A DNA stretch of 63,808 nucleotides, counting the filler, from Basidiobolus ranarum (lineage: Eukaryota): assembly GCA_040143965.1 (NCBI GenBank). It is 11 parts of 11 records of this genome, joined end to end, with 100 filler letters (N's around TTAATTAATTAA, not from the genome) between each part and the next. Parts side by side here need not be neighbours in the genome. Positions count along the whole stretch, not along the records: positions 11,665 to 17,391 come from JASJQH010008392.1; positions 17,492 to 23,208 come from JASJQH010008393.1; positions 23,309 to 29,023 come from JASJQH010008394.1; 8 more parts are not named here. The stretch is one strand, 5' to 3'. Below the pieces are notes generated by a model. The model worked only from the letters and a program-made list of their open reading frames with translations. It had not been told where the DNA came from and did not search any database. How positions within the stretch are numbered: the stretch's first letter is position 1; each line of letters starts with the position of its first letter. Both the position numbers and the translations under genes were made by a program. This document shows positions 12,228 to 24,361 of the stretch, piece after piece.

Positions 12228-12854
12228 TCATTGTACACTTAAGCTGGCTTGTTGCCTTAAGTGATTGATAGCCATCTGGCGATAATGCTCCAACTCGGGT
12301 ACTTTCAAATCCACTACTTTGGCACCATCATCCCATCTTCTGATGGCAACCTTTTCATTGTAGTATGGTAACTTTTCAAAATCTGCAACTTCCTCTGGAG
12401 TATATGGACCACCTTGGTATTTCAGAGAGAGCTTACTAGCATCACTCAGGGTATCATAGTATTCGGCGTACTTTCCAGTCAAGTAACGCTTTACAGGTAC
12501 ATGGGCCTCTACCAAGGCAGTGACCTTCTTTGAAAATCCTAATCGAGTCAAATATTCCGCGCCAATACGCTCATGTCCATGAACACCAACACTAAATGGC
12601 TCCGTAGCCCCCGCTAAATCGGTAGCCTCCACAAGCATCGCTTTCGACTCAGGAGAGCTCACGAATTGCCCGATATCATGAAGTAAAGCAGCCAAAATAG
12701 TCTCCTCGTCAGCACCGTTTTGCTCAGCTGAGGCAGCAGCCTGGAGAGCATGATCTAGTTGAGAAATCGATTCACCAATGTAGCCGCGCTCACTTCCATC
12801 CTGGAGGCATTGAAATACGTTGTTGATCACTCGGGCACATTTATCATCTAACAT
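12228..12854 (-). CDS. phnZ: PhnZ-like HD-domain diiron oxygenase (phosphonate C-P cleavage family)
   Basis: Motifs YIGESISQLDHALQAA, ALLHDIGQ, HERIGA, HVPVKRYL, LSDASKLSLKYQGG and RRWDDGAK give the full PhnZ/TmpB motif set. Intronless; likely ATG at 12854 (208 aa). Confidence 0.88.
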   Translation of the reverse strand: MLDDKCARVINNVFQCLQDGSERGYIGESISQLDHALQAAASAEQNGADEETILAALLHDIGQFVSSPESKAMLVEATDLAGATEPFSVGVHGHERIGAEYLTRLGFSKKVTALVEAHVPVKRYLTGKYAEYYDTLSDASKLSLKYQGGPYTPEEVADFEKLPYYNEKVAIRRWDDGAKVVDLKVPELEHYRQMAINHLRQQASLSVQ

Positions 12855-13062
12855 TTTGGAAGGCAACTGGACAAAATATAGCTAACAGGCTGAAATACTG
12901 AAATTCATCGATTACAACTATATATACGAAACATCCCCACACCAATATCTAGAATAGAACTCCTCCCCCATTTTCTGCATTATTATTCAAGTGAGTTGTA
13001 ATACGTTTCACGGGCAAGAAAATGTGCTCTTATTTCACTTTCATAGTGTTGCTGCAACTGCG

Positions 13063-13137
13063 AGCACGTGCTAAATTCGTTGGATTCATTCTCATCAAGG
13101 GTCTTGAGTACCAGTGGTCACTTTATATCCGCACGTG
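13063..13137. promoter_or_regulatory. Two CACGTG E-boxes (candidate Pho4/NUC-1-type sites) upstream of the phnZ-like gene
   Basis: Palindrome AGCACGTGCT at 13063-13072 and GCACGTG at 13131-13137, about 210 and 280 bp upstream of the ATG. TATATATA at ~12919-12926. Confidence 0.55.
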
Positions 13138-16100
13138 ATCAATAATCGACAGCTTAGTAGAGCCGTTGCTATTAGCGCAGGCCACCTAATATCGAAAAGA
13201 ATATATGTAGTCACCTCTATCATAGTGTGGCTAAAGGGTAATCAATATTATTACCCTGCAAGAATAATCCTACATCAATGAATAGCCGCTGTGAATCAAC
13301 GGTATGTCCCAATACCTGGCTATGACGTTTAAAAAATGCCACGTAGATATCATAAGCTTATCGATAACTGTCTGGCTAATAGAGATGCTGGACGTACCAC
13401 GAAACCGGCTAAAACTTTGTCCCTTCCCTTTCTTCTGAAGCAATATATTGTTAACAGAAGAGAGTATTACTGCAACATGTATCAGGTTAACAGTGATTGC
13501 ATCATCTTTTTGTGATGGTCATCGATGAAACGAGCACAATCGATCTTGTTCTTTCCAATTGTAGATCCTAATTTCTCAGTTTACTGTCACAATAATATGG
13601 CAGCAACTATATTGGTGACAGTTCCTCCAAGTTGCTTCCCTAGTATGGCATTACAATCCAATGCACACCATCCAGTGGAGTCACGGCTCTAAATTGCGGT
13701 GTTACTGCAATATTTACATTTTCTCATCACGAAGTATGCCTATTAGAACAGATTTTTGTTGTTGACTAGATTGAGGAAATCTCGAACTGTTTGTTAATGA
13801 TGGAAGGTTCTTATTTAGTGCTTTATGTGTGAGATTGTGCCAAAAAAGGTACACGTATTAGATTAAAGTGTCTCGTTCGAGCTGCCTTGTTCATGAGCAA
13901 AACTATTCTTACATACTTGAACCTCGTCAAAGACCGCGTTAGATGTTCTTGTTCATTCTGTCTCTTAGACGAGACTGTAAGTAAAGTTCTGTCTACGTGA
14001 AATACAAATTTTTCTGCTTATAAAAAGTTTGAATCTACCAGATCTGCGAGTAGTTTCTTGACGCTATGTTCAGTCTACCGCACTTAACGAGTATGAAAAA
14101 TGACGTTTTGCCCGTAATAAGATAGTTTTAATAGACCTTAATGTTTGAAGAAGCTACTTTCACGTTAGGAGTAAGATGAAGGATCAATTACATTCTTATG
14201 ATATATTTACCCTTACATACAACTAGTTTATGACGACGGACTCTACAGTGACTCAGTTTAGGTAGCAACTCTAATGGCATTGAATTTTGTCACACTGAGT
14301 CTATTTAAGCATATTATAACTTTTAGGTGCAAGTATGTTTCCAGAAAGGGCATTACCGATTTAAGTTCATTCATGCAATCTGCTGCTACAGTTGGATACG
14401 CTATTGCATTTGTAGGCCTTGATATGAACTCAGTTTATATATGCGGAGAGGTATCACTTTGCTCTATTGGTAACATTCCATGTATTGAATAAAATATGAA
14501 AGCCATTCAGGATGCCCAAAGTAATACTTAGTATTGGAAGTTGTAGAGTGTGCAAAACGGATGTAGTATTTGTGCTGCTAATTTACAAATTGCGATACTT
14601 TAGCGATCACCTGGCTAGGTAAATTTAAACTTTTTGTGGTACCTTATATACCTTTGACCATTTCATACATTTAGCATTATATTGCTCTCATTTCTAGGTT
14701 TATGGTTTTGCATTTTGCAAATACTTGACTTTAGAATTGGCTATGAGTATAGAATGTTTAAAGTTCCTTTAAGTATAAAAAAAGGCATTTATAGCAATGT
14801 TTCTTGCTGAGGCTTGATCTTGAACCTTCTGGACTGTATTTTGGAACCCCTCTAATACAATTAGGCCGTTTGTTTATCGATGCATTGCTTAGTAGTTATA
14901 CTCAAAACATAAGTCACTTGTTTGCATAGAGTCAACTATATATAGTTGGTACTCATTTGGCATATGGGATGAATTTAATACTAGAAACAGCATAAGATTC
15001 AGACACGTGATGCTGAATATTAGATTTTAACACTTTTGTATAGGCTTAAATGAAGGGCATAGTTATTGACTAAGGCAATGAGAAAGCTTAAGAAGCATAT
15101 GGGTTCAAGTGCAGTACCACTGCCAAGGCTGGAGGGACATTTGCAGTTCAGATACTGATTTTGTGAGTCTTACCATTAGCTAGAATTTTTATACCATGTG
15201 AAGAGGAGTTTCACTAGGAGGCTAGACTTGGCGGCTTGAAAGTGCCTGATGAATTTGCTATAATATTGCTGAGATAAACACTAGATCAAAAAATCCGCTT
15301 GCACATATTGCTTTCATATCTCATATATGATGTAAGCATTCATTAAAAAAGTATGTACTAGATATAGAATTGGCGGGATATTTGGCCTTTCTCTGCAACT
15401 GATACCATAAGTGTTATCAAGCAAACTTATTAGAGGTGCCTTTAATATTATATTTTATTAGACTTTATATATAGCCAATTGTTCCATTTGTTGAAACTGG
15501 CAGTATAATTAGATAGCGAATCTTTAGCAGTTGACTTCTTTGTATGCTATTAGATTTGAAATCAAAGATTGTAGAATACAAAAATAATAGTACATGTGGA
15601 GATCAGGTATGGGCAGTGAGCTGTAGGCAGAGAAATGACATTTGTAAAATGCTATTGTGAAATGGGAATCCTATATATCTAGCAGTAAGCAAACTATTCA
15701 CATGACTTGAAGTTGATTCTGATTGGGTGAATAACTTGGTGATTGTTTTGTTGGCATATTCTGTAAGCATATAGCCAAAAGTGTATAATTACATAGTTAT
15801 CAAGCTTACATTGACAGTAAGGATTATGTGGACAGTGTATATGAGGCCAGACTGTCTTTAGATGACTGATATTGCGATATTTTGAAGTTGGAGCATTATG
15901 AGCCATTGTAATATGTATATGATGATCAGAATGAAAATTTTTATACTTTGGAGGATAACACCGAGAATCAAATATGGTGTTTTGCACTGAAAATCTGTAG
16001 GTGGCAAATCAACCAATATAGATGGAGTTGGATGGCTTTGAAATTGCAAGTCCAACTTGTTAATTCTTGATTAGTTGCCTATTTGTTGAATATGTGGTCC

Positions 16101-17491
16101 AGTTTTCAACCATGCGTTTTATTTCTAACAAATTTTAACCAACTTGGATAGGATATTTAAGATAATAGATTTTAACAGCTGAATTCTGTTTGTATATTCT
16201 AATTGCCATTAAGAACTTTAGCACATGGTATATGTAGTACGTAACTTGCATGAACATTTGTGATGTACTCCTTGAATGATGAATGAAAATTGGTGTGGAG
16301 AGTCAGACCAGTTAACATCAAAGGGAACTTCTCAGGTACCATGGGGAGGTATCTAAGATGTTGTAAACATATTATTAGAATATAAGGTGAGAACTAACTG
16401 GCAGATTAAGCCTCTGCTCCCATTATCTCATCTTCTACACAACAACACGAAATGAGTTTCAAATGAAGCTTCGCTTAATAGTTACTTTTATACATTATCA
16501 AGTTGACACTACTCGTGGGAGATGGGATATTTTTGCACTTGACTGGTCAAACCTGAGTTAATTTACTTCTTAATTTATTATGATAATGTCTTTGTCTCAC
16601 TGAGGTTGACTTTGTTTTACTCTTATTTTGAGCGAACCTGTTGTATTCCGAAGTGCCTCACGGACTTTAGTATATATAAATTTACTTCGGTAAGCTGATT
16701 TATCGCTATGGGCGTGGGAAATAGCAGTCAGCTTGACAATGAAAATAATGCTCTTTCGTTATGTCATTGATATGCGATACAATTAAATCCTATATACTGT
16801 AGATAGTGGTGTTAACTGACATTATATGGGAGAATTCGTTGGAATGCCGGTTGTTCATGTTATCGCCAAGATTCTTAATAGGATATATGGAGGTATATAA
16901 GTGTTACACAGCCGAATTCAATTGACAAAGTATCGGTCAAACTCCTATGGCTCATTCTCCATTCCTCAAAATCACATCAGGATTCTAGTATTCAACGGTG
17001 ATTCACGGACTGAGTTTCAAATGGTGAGAACTGACTTCGAAAATCCAATAATTAAGGTTGAAGACAACGTTCCCAAGGAAGCCCCATTGTCTAGGCATCA
17101 TGAAATAGAACTTGGATCACCTATTTTCTTAAGGATAGTTTAGATGGAGTAATCCATCATTTGAAGATTTATGTAGTTAAGAGCAAACATGAAGATTACC
17201 AATCCCCGTTCCAGCGTAGACCAACCAGTTTGAAAGTGATTTCTATGGAAATCGTTATATAAGGCCAACTGTCAGTTTATTCCAATTTCTATACAATAAT
17301 AATAGCAGTGCCAACCAATTCAACCGAGACTCGATTATCGCTATTGTACCCAGTCACTAAATCGTGTTAACTCCGAACAATCGAGTCAGAANNNNNNNNN
17401 NNNNNNNNNNNNNNNNNNNNNNNNNNNNNNNNNNNTTAATTAATTAANNNNNNNNNNNNNNNNNNNNNNNNNNNNNNNNNNNNNNNNNNNN

Positions 17492-19290
17492 CAAGGTATC
17501 CACCAGATAGCTGGAAGAATGTTGATTCAGCAACATTAATACAATGGTGGGCTTTGATGGAGATATTGATACAAACTTGTGTTGGGTATGAGCTAAACCT
17601 TGTGTATGAAGAACTCTATAAAAATGTTCAAGAATAAATATCAAAGAAAATATGAATTTGCAAGATGATAAATTAGTGTTGAAGTGGTAAACATCTAAAA
17701 TGTGAGTTACGTTTTTTGCACATATGTTGATCCAAAGCTCTCTGAGATTTTAGCCAATCATGATCAACTATTTTGCCAGATCTTGAAATTTCACTCCTGA
17801 AATTGAAAAATTGATTGAATTCAAATGTAACTTGATGATTTTATGAGGGTAAGTATATAGTCAATCCATAATCAATTAAGATTTGACAGTTTCCCTATGA
17901 TAAAAGTCCTCAAATCTCTGTCAATGTATCTCTGACAAAGAAAAAATTGATTGATCCACATTAGATCCATTCTTCTAAGGCACAAAACAATCAGAGCATT
18001 ATCATAATATTAGTGGCTGGCCTTGTGCTGGAAATTTTGATAGTAAATGGCACCCTCTTGATAGTATTATGATGATAATCATAAAAGGTGAATTATTGCT
18101 CCATGCATTTGGCATGCACTAATTAATTTGTGGCAATATTTGGATAAACCAATTTTTGAATGGTAAATTACAGGGTTTATTGCTATACATCCCTAATCTA
18201 ATATGCATGCCTATGCGCAGACATTTCAGGTTTTATATTCCAAACATGGTTAAAATTAAACACAGCTATAATCTTGTTATGCTCAGTCTCCACATAGACA
18301 CATACTTGACAGCTCAGATATAACTCCATAAAAGCAAATTGCCTTACTAGCAAATGAATGGTGGAAAATTGCTAAACATCTGAATTAGTGTAGGATGGAT
18401 ACTTTGTAAACAGCTAACCCTTCTTAACATGGGTACTTAGAATGAGCTATAGGATTTAGGCAAATATAACAAGCCACAATATCTCCAACCTACAGTAATG
18501 ATTATCATCATGGGAAGCTTTGGCTCCAGCTGATCCCCTTTAGTAGTAAGATCTTAGGCATGTGGCTAATCCCAAGTTTGATATTAGACTGACTATTTGG
18601 TGAATTGGTATCAGCAAGCATGTTGAAATCTGACTGGACTCTTGATGGTAGAATCATGGATTTTCATGTTGTATTTGGGTAGTAGTAATGCATGTACTTG
18701 ATAGAGTAAACTCCATTGATTTGACAAGATCTACAGCACAATAGTACACTGTGCCTGCAAAAACCTCCAAGTTTACTCCTAGATTCTGGCAGTTATATCC
18801 TTCAGCATATTGAGTACTTTGGTACCGATCAATAATCTATATTTGGATGATTTGACCTAAACTTTAAGAAAAGGAGTAAATTGTATTTATGCCATATATG
18901 ATCAGCATTTACCTGATCCAGCAATTGCCAATTGTAAGCAAACAGTATATGACTTCATGTTTTGTAGAACACAGGTGAAAGCCAAACATGCTTTTGAACA
19001 TGAATATAGCTTAGTTACTGAAGAATTAAAAGGCATATAACTGACAAGTGTTTTCCACTTGTTCTAGATTGGTGGCAAGAAATTGTTGCCAATCAAATGT
19101 GATAAAAGTGTAGGAAAACTATTGAACACCTTGTTGCTAACATAGGACTGAACTCTCCACTCCCCAAATATCAAAGCTGCTTTTTTACTAGAAGTCATAT
19201 TGCCCTCAGCTCAGTAATGATAACATTAAACATCTGGCAGCATGTCCTCAAAGTCTTCTGGACTTACTGATTTAACAAAACTTGCAACTC
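17492..19290. repeat. Unclassified decayed repeat with ORF remnants
   Basis: The first ~430 bp are homologous to 4590-5014. The whole stretch is CpG-depleted, with a long stop-interrupted frame on the minus strand at ~18900-19300. Confidence 0.55.
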
Positions 19291-19294
19291 AATA

Positions 19295-20300
19295 GATAAA
19301 AGTGTTTAGTGGATTTGGAAGTGCTTTGGACAAGATTTGGATTTATGAATTGGATGCTTAAGTTTTATTAAATTGAATTTGTTATTTTTATAGTTTACTA
19401 AGAAATAGGACTATTGGACATGCTTAGATCATAATAAACATGCCTGTTAAGCATGGGTGAAAATTTGATGTAATATAGAATAGCTTTGACAAATAGTGAA
19501 AATTGGTAAAAGTGATTGAATTGATATTTCTCTCAATTAGAGCAATAATCACATGTTTTTGAATGGTAGTGTGGAGTGCTAAATAATCAGAATATGCATA
19601 AACTAACTACTAAATAATGAGCTGATATTTACCTAATATCAACATTCTCATGCAACTAATTATTTTGTATTTCTCTTGAACCTGACTGATATCTATATCA
19701 CTCCCAATGTGCTTTAGCTAATGGTTTGGTTAAGATGTCAGCAATCATTTCTTCAGTAGCGCAATAGAAAAGCTCAGTTACATTGTTCTCTTTTACTTCT
19801 TTAACAAAATGATGCTGGATATCATATGTTTTGTGCTAACATGAAATGTAGGATTTTTAGCTAATGAAATACAACTTTGATTGTCTTCAAATACAGTAAG
19901 GATTTGGATTCCCGGAAAGTTACTTAATCACCCATATCTATCATCTGAAATTGGTTTGAGAAGCTACTGTTTGTCTCATTAAGTGCTTGTAGATTGTTTG
20001 TGGTTATGATCAATTCATACATATATAGTGCCAAGCTAAGGATCCCATTTCCAGATGTTTTGATGTACAGACTGTGATCTGCTGTGCATTTTCGGAATTC
20101 TTGTGACCCAAAATAGGTATATCCACAGTATCTTGATTTTCAGAAGCATTAACAAAACTTTGAGATAAATCACAGCCAATGTACTCAGGGGGCAAAAACC
20201 AGTTGTTTCTGTGAACTTGTTACTACTGATAAAAAAAAAGACCTGCAGACACCAAACATTGAGTTCACATGGAGTCAAGCAATCTGATATCCACTTTCAA
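19295..20300 (-). mobile_element. Copia family B 3' LTR plus deleted RNase H/RT remnant
   Basis: LTR ~19295-19644 ends in ...ATCAACA on the plus strand. The adjacent minus strand encodes the RNase H motif EMIADILTKPL. Confidence 0.8.
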
Positions 20301-20611
20301 AGATATTAACATACCAGGAATTAACTATGTATTGGTGAAGCATTAATCCATTTACTAGATGTGTTTCTTTCTAGCACCAGTGCAAGTGAAGAGATTATTA
20401 TCCCCCAAATATGTAGTAAATTAATAGTTGAATAAAGATAAATAGAGGCACCATCAAGACCATTGACTTCCAAATGCTTACTGTTTCAACTACTGAGCAC
20501 CCCTCAATAGGAAACTAGACACTATTAAGACTACATGGAATCTCATTCTGAGCTGAAAAGTTGCCATAAAGGCCATGCCCAGCAATGATGCAGCAACATT
20601 GCAATTAGTGC

Positions 20612-21237
20612 TGATTAAAGTGCTTACAGGATTTGAAAGTTTTTTGACAAAATTTGGATTGGTGAATTAGACATCTAGGTTTTATTGAATTGAATATGTC
20701 CTATTTATAGTTCACTATGAAATAGGCCTATTGGATGTGCCTATATCATAACAAACATGCCTGTTAAGCATGCGTGAAAATTTGAGGTGATTTGGAGATG
20801 TTTTTAGAAAAAAGTGAAAATTGGTACAAGTGATCTAACTAATATTTCTATCAATTAGAGCAATAAACACACATTTTTGAATGACAGAATTGAATGCTTA
20901 GGGGATATGGAAGTGTTTTGGACAAGATTTGGATTTGTGAATTGGAGACTTATGTTTTATTGAATTGGATATGTCCTATTAAGAGTTTACTATGAAATAG
21001 GACTATTGGAGGTGCTTAGATCATAACAAACATGCCTGTTAAGCATGGTTGAATATTTGAGGTGATATGGAGAAGTTTTGAGAAAATAGTGAAAATTGGT
21101 AAAAGTGATCTAATTGATATTTCTACCAATCAAAGCATTGAACGTACATCTTTGAATGACAGAATTGAGTGCTAAATAATCAGAATAAGAATAAGCTATC
21201 TAATAAATAATGAGTTGCTATTCAGCTAATTTCAACA
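20612..21237 (-). repeat. Two tandem Copia family B LTR copies
   Basis: ~20612-20895 and ~20896-21237 both contain CATGCCTGTTAAGCATG and GTGAAAATTGGTA and match 19295-19644 and 21546-21871. Confidence 0.85.
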
Positions 21238-21545
21238 GCACTCAGTCCACCAATAGGAGGAGTGCAAAAGTTGGATGTGTATCAAACACCGGGCATCTCT
21301 CAACAAGCCCAAATGCCATTAGATAACACTTCTGGCTATTCAACCTGACCTGGTACTTTTCAAATTGTCTAAATTATCTCCAAACTTAAAGGCAAGCAAA
21401 AAGCCACCCAAACACCAGAAAGCATGCCAGGTAATGTCATACTACAAGGATGTATAAGAATGGTAAAAGTGTATGAGCATGACTTTCAGTAGTACAAATG
21501 GAAAGCATGGCTCAAGTGTGCAGAAAGAGGCTTCAGGAGAAGAGC

Positions 21546-23208
21546 AAGTGTTATGGACAAGATTTGGATTTGTGAATTAGACATTTGAGTTTTATTGAAT
21601 TGAGTATGTCTTATTTATAGTTTACTATGTAATAGGACTATTGGACATGCTTAGATTATAAAAAACATGCCTGTTAAGCATGGGTGAAAATTTGAGATGA
21701 TTTGGAGAAGTTGAGAGAAAATAGTGAAAATTGACAAAAGTGATCTATTTGATATTTCTATCAGTTAGAGCAATAAACACACATTTTTGAATGACAGAAT
21801 TGAGTGCTAAATAATCAGAATATGAATAAATCAACTATACATAATGAGTTGCTTTTTATCTAATCTTAACACTCTTAAACCTAACTTATATCTTAATAAT
21901 TTGAATTGTGCTTTAGCCAAAGGTTTGGTTAAGATATTGGCAATCATTTCTTCAGTTGGGCAATAGACAAGTTTAATTATATCTGTTTCTATTGCTTCTC
22001 CAACAAAATGATGCCTAGTATCCACATGTTTTGTTCTTGCATGAAATGTAGGGTTATTAGCTAATGAACTACAATATGATTATCTTCAAATACAGTAATA
22101 GCATATTTTTGCATGTATCCTAAGACCATAAATAACTGCCTGAACCACATAGCTTCTTGTGTAGTAGCAGAGGCAGCCATCTACTCTGCTTTGGTAGTGG
22201 AAAGTACTGTGGTTGGTAGCTTCTTACTATTCCAACTTATGGCTCCATTACCATAGAGAAAAGTGTACCCAGTTGTTGATGTTCTATCATGAAGGTTTCT
22301 TCCCCAGTCTGCATCACCATAGCCTTCTCTGTGTGTAAGGAGTGGCAGAGTATTCCAGAACTAGATCTACATTATCTCTCAAATACTTGAATGTGCATTT
22401 TACTGCAGTTTTGTGTGCAGATCCTATATATTTGCAATATTGGCTGCCAGTTCCCACCTCCACAGCAATGCCTGGACTTATTCCAACCATTGTGTACATT
22501 AAAAGTACCCACCATGGATTGAAAAGGGAACTCCTGGCATTAATTTGAGTTGTTTGTGGCCAAATAGGATGAATTTTAATTGATTGCACATTAGGATCCA
22601 TTGGTTTTGATACAGGCTTGCTATTCTCCATTTTAAAGCATTTTAGGATGAATAGGATGTATCTAGAGTGATTCAGCATGATTTTCCAATTGGTTTATTT
22701 CTCTTGATTTGGATTCCATGAAATTTACTTAATTCACCCATATCAGTCATCTGAAATTGGTTTGATATGCAGCTTTTTGTCTGATTAAGGGCTTCTAGAT
22801 CATTTGTGGCTACCATCAAGTCATTAACATAAAGTGCCAAGATAAGGGTCCTATTTCCTGTTGTTTTGATGTAAATACTGTGATCTGCCGTGCATTTTGG
22901 AATTCTAGTGATTCTAAATAGGTTTCTATCTTGTTGTACCATGCCTTGAGTGCTTGCTTGAGACCACATAGCAATTTATGAAGCTTACAGACTATAGCAG
23001 GATGTTTTTGGGTCATTAAATCCGCCAACTTCTTCTAGATTTCCATTAAGAAAGGTTGTTTTTACATCCATTTGATGTAGATCAAGGTAATGCGTGGCTG
23101 AGAGTGCCAGGATTGTTCTAATGGAGCTAAACTTAGCTACAGTAGCAAATGTTTCATCAATATCAACTCCTGGTGTCAAGGAATACCCTTTTGCAACTAA
23201 CCTTGCTT
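21546..23208 (-). mobile_element. Copia family B 3' half: RT, RNase H and 3' LTR (degenerate, truncated by the contig end)
   Basis: Motifs PGVDIDETFA, HQMDVKTTFLNG, LCGLKQA, LALYVNDL (YVDD decayed), MTDMGEL and EEMIANILTKPL; LTR at 21546-21871. Confidence 0.92.
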
Positions 23209-23308
23209 NNNNNNNNNNNNNNNNNNNNNNNNNNNNNNNNNNNNNNNNNNNNTTAATTAATTAANNNNNNNNNNNNNNNNNNNNNNNNNNNNNNNNNNNN
23301 NNNNNNNN

Positions 23309-24361
23309 TGCCGAAAGGATATGGTGGGGGTGGCATTCCTTGGAAGCCGGAGAATGGCTGATAGATTGGTGGAGATTGGCAAAGTTCATTTTGAAGTGCG
23401 GTTTGGATGCCAACACGAAGTAACAAATGAAGCGTTTTGATTTCTCCATCTTCTTCAATCTCGATTTCGACAAAGAATTTATGGTACACTTTGATATAAT
23501 TGCTCTCACTATCGCAATAAGCGTATTTCGGAATCTGTATGTCCAGGTGACCTTCCCATGCGAGTTGTGTTTGTTCGTCGCAAATTTTACTGGTTTTGTG
23601 TAAATCGTACCATTTGGTAATGGGTTTGCTTCCTTTGAGACTGTAAGACACAAACTCGCGTAAAACAAGGTTCACCTTAAGAACTTTGAAATTGGGATTG
23701 AGTGAGCAGAAGTTGAATAAAACCGGGAATTGGTCTCCGACGGTATAGGTTGTATCTGGGGTAGAGATGTGGTAGGCAAGTTGGTCTGACCAGATTCCAG
23801 AGATCATAGAGGGTTGTAGGAAGTCGTCGGTGGATGGAAGGGGAGCCCGTTTAATTTCAACAGGACGACTAGCCTTCATATCAAAGCGAAAGGCCGGACG
23901 CTCTACTGTGGCGACTAGTTTGTAGACGATTTTGCCAGAGTTAACATCAACCGATTCGGGTAAATCGCCTTTGAGAGGAAGCTCGAAGTCGTAAACATAA
24001 TCCTTAGGGGCTAGTAGATAGGGATCATGGTTTGCTTCGAGGAAGGTCCATTTGTATTGGATCAAGTCATATTCGTGTTTTGGTAGATCTGGAATTTAAG
24101 AGATTAGTATCACGCAACAGGCAAGAAGCCTAATTGAAAATACGTACCGGCACCACCATTGATCTTGACCTTACCAGTGAATTTAAGTGTAATAGATTTT
24201 ACTTTCATGTACTCCACTGGGTTGAAATGTAGTTGTCCGCGTAGTATACAGCCTACGGATTCGTTAGGGGAACCGTACATTGTTAGGGCGTCGTCACTTA
24301 GAGTGATTTGGATGTGTTCTGTGGCTTGATCCGCCGAGTCTTTGTGTGGTAAGCTGAACAT
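23309..24361 (-). CDS. Alpha-arrestin (ART/Rod1-like ubiquitin-ligase adaptor), 3' end clipped
   Basis: Arrestin-N motifs (GSPNES.GC.LRGQL, YDFELPLKGDLPES, VYKLVATVERP), an arrestin-C domain and C-terminal PPxY motifs (PPIY, PPPPY). GT-AG intron at 24089-24147. Confidence 0.9.

Noticed and set aside
7173-12854. One HGT island joining the secreted bacterial-domain gene and the PhnY/PhnZ pair
   Set aside because: They are on different contigs separated by a linker.
15694-15987. His/Cys-rich 97-aa ORF as a metal-binding protein
   Set aside because: It lies in a CpG-depleted, TG/CA-rich tract where His and Cys codons arise from composition; no recognisable motif.
20607-21242. TSD around the LTR dimer
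   Set aside because: The flanks AGTGC and GCACT are inverted rather than direct repeats, so no TSD is supported.
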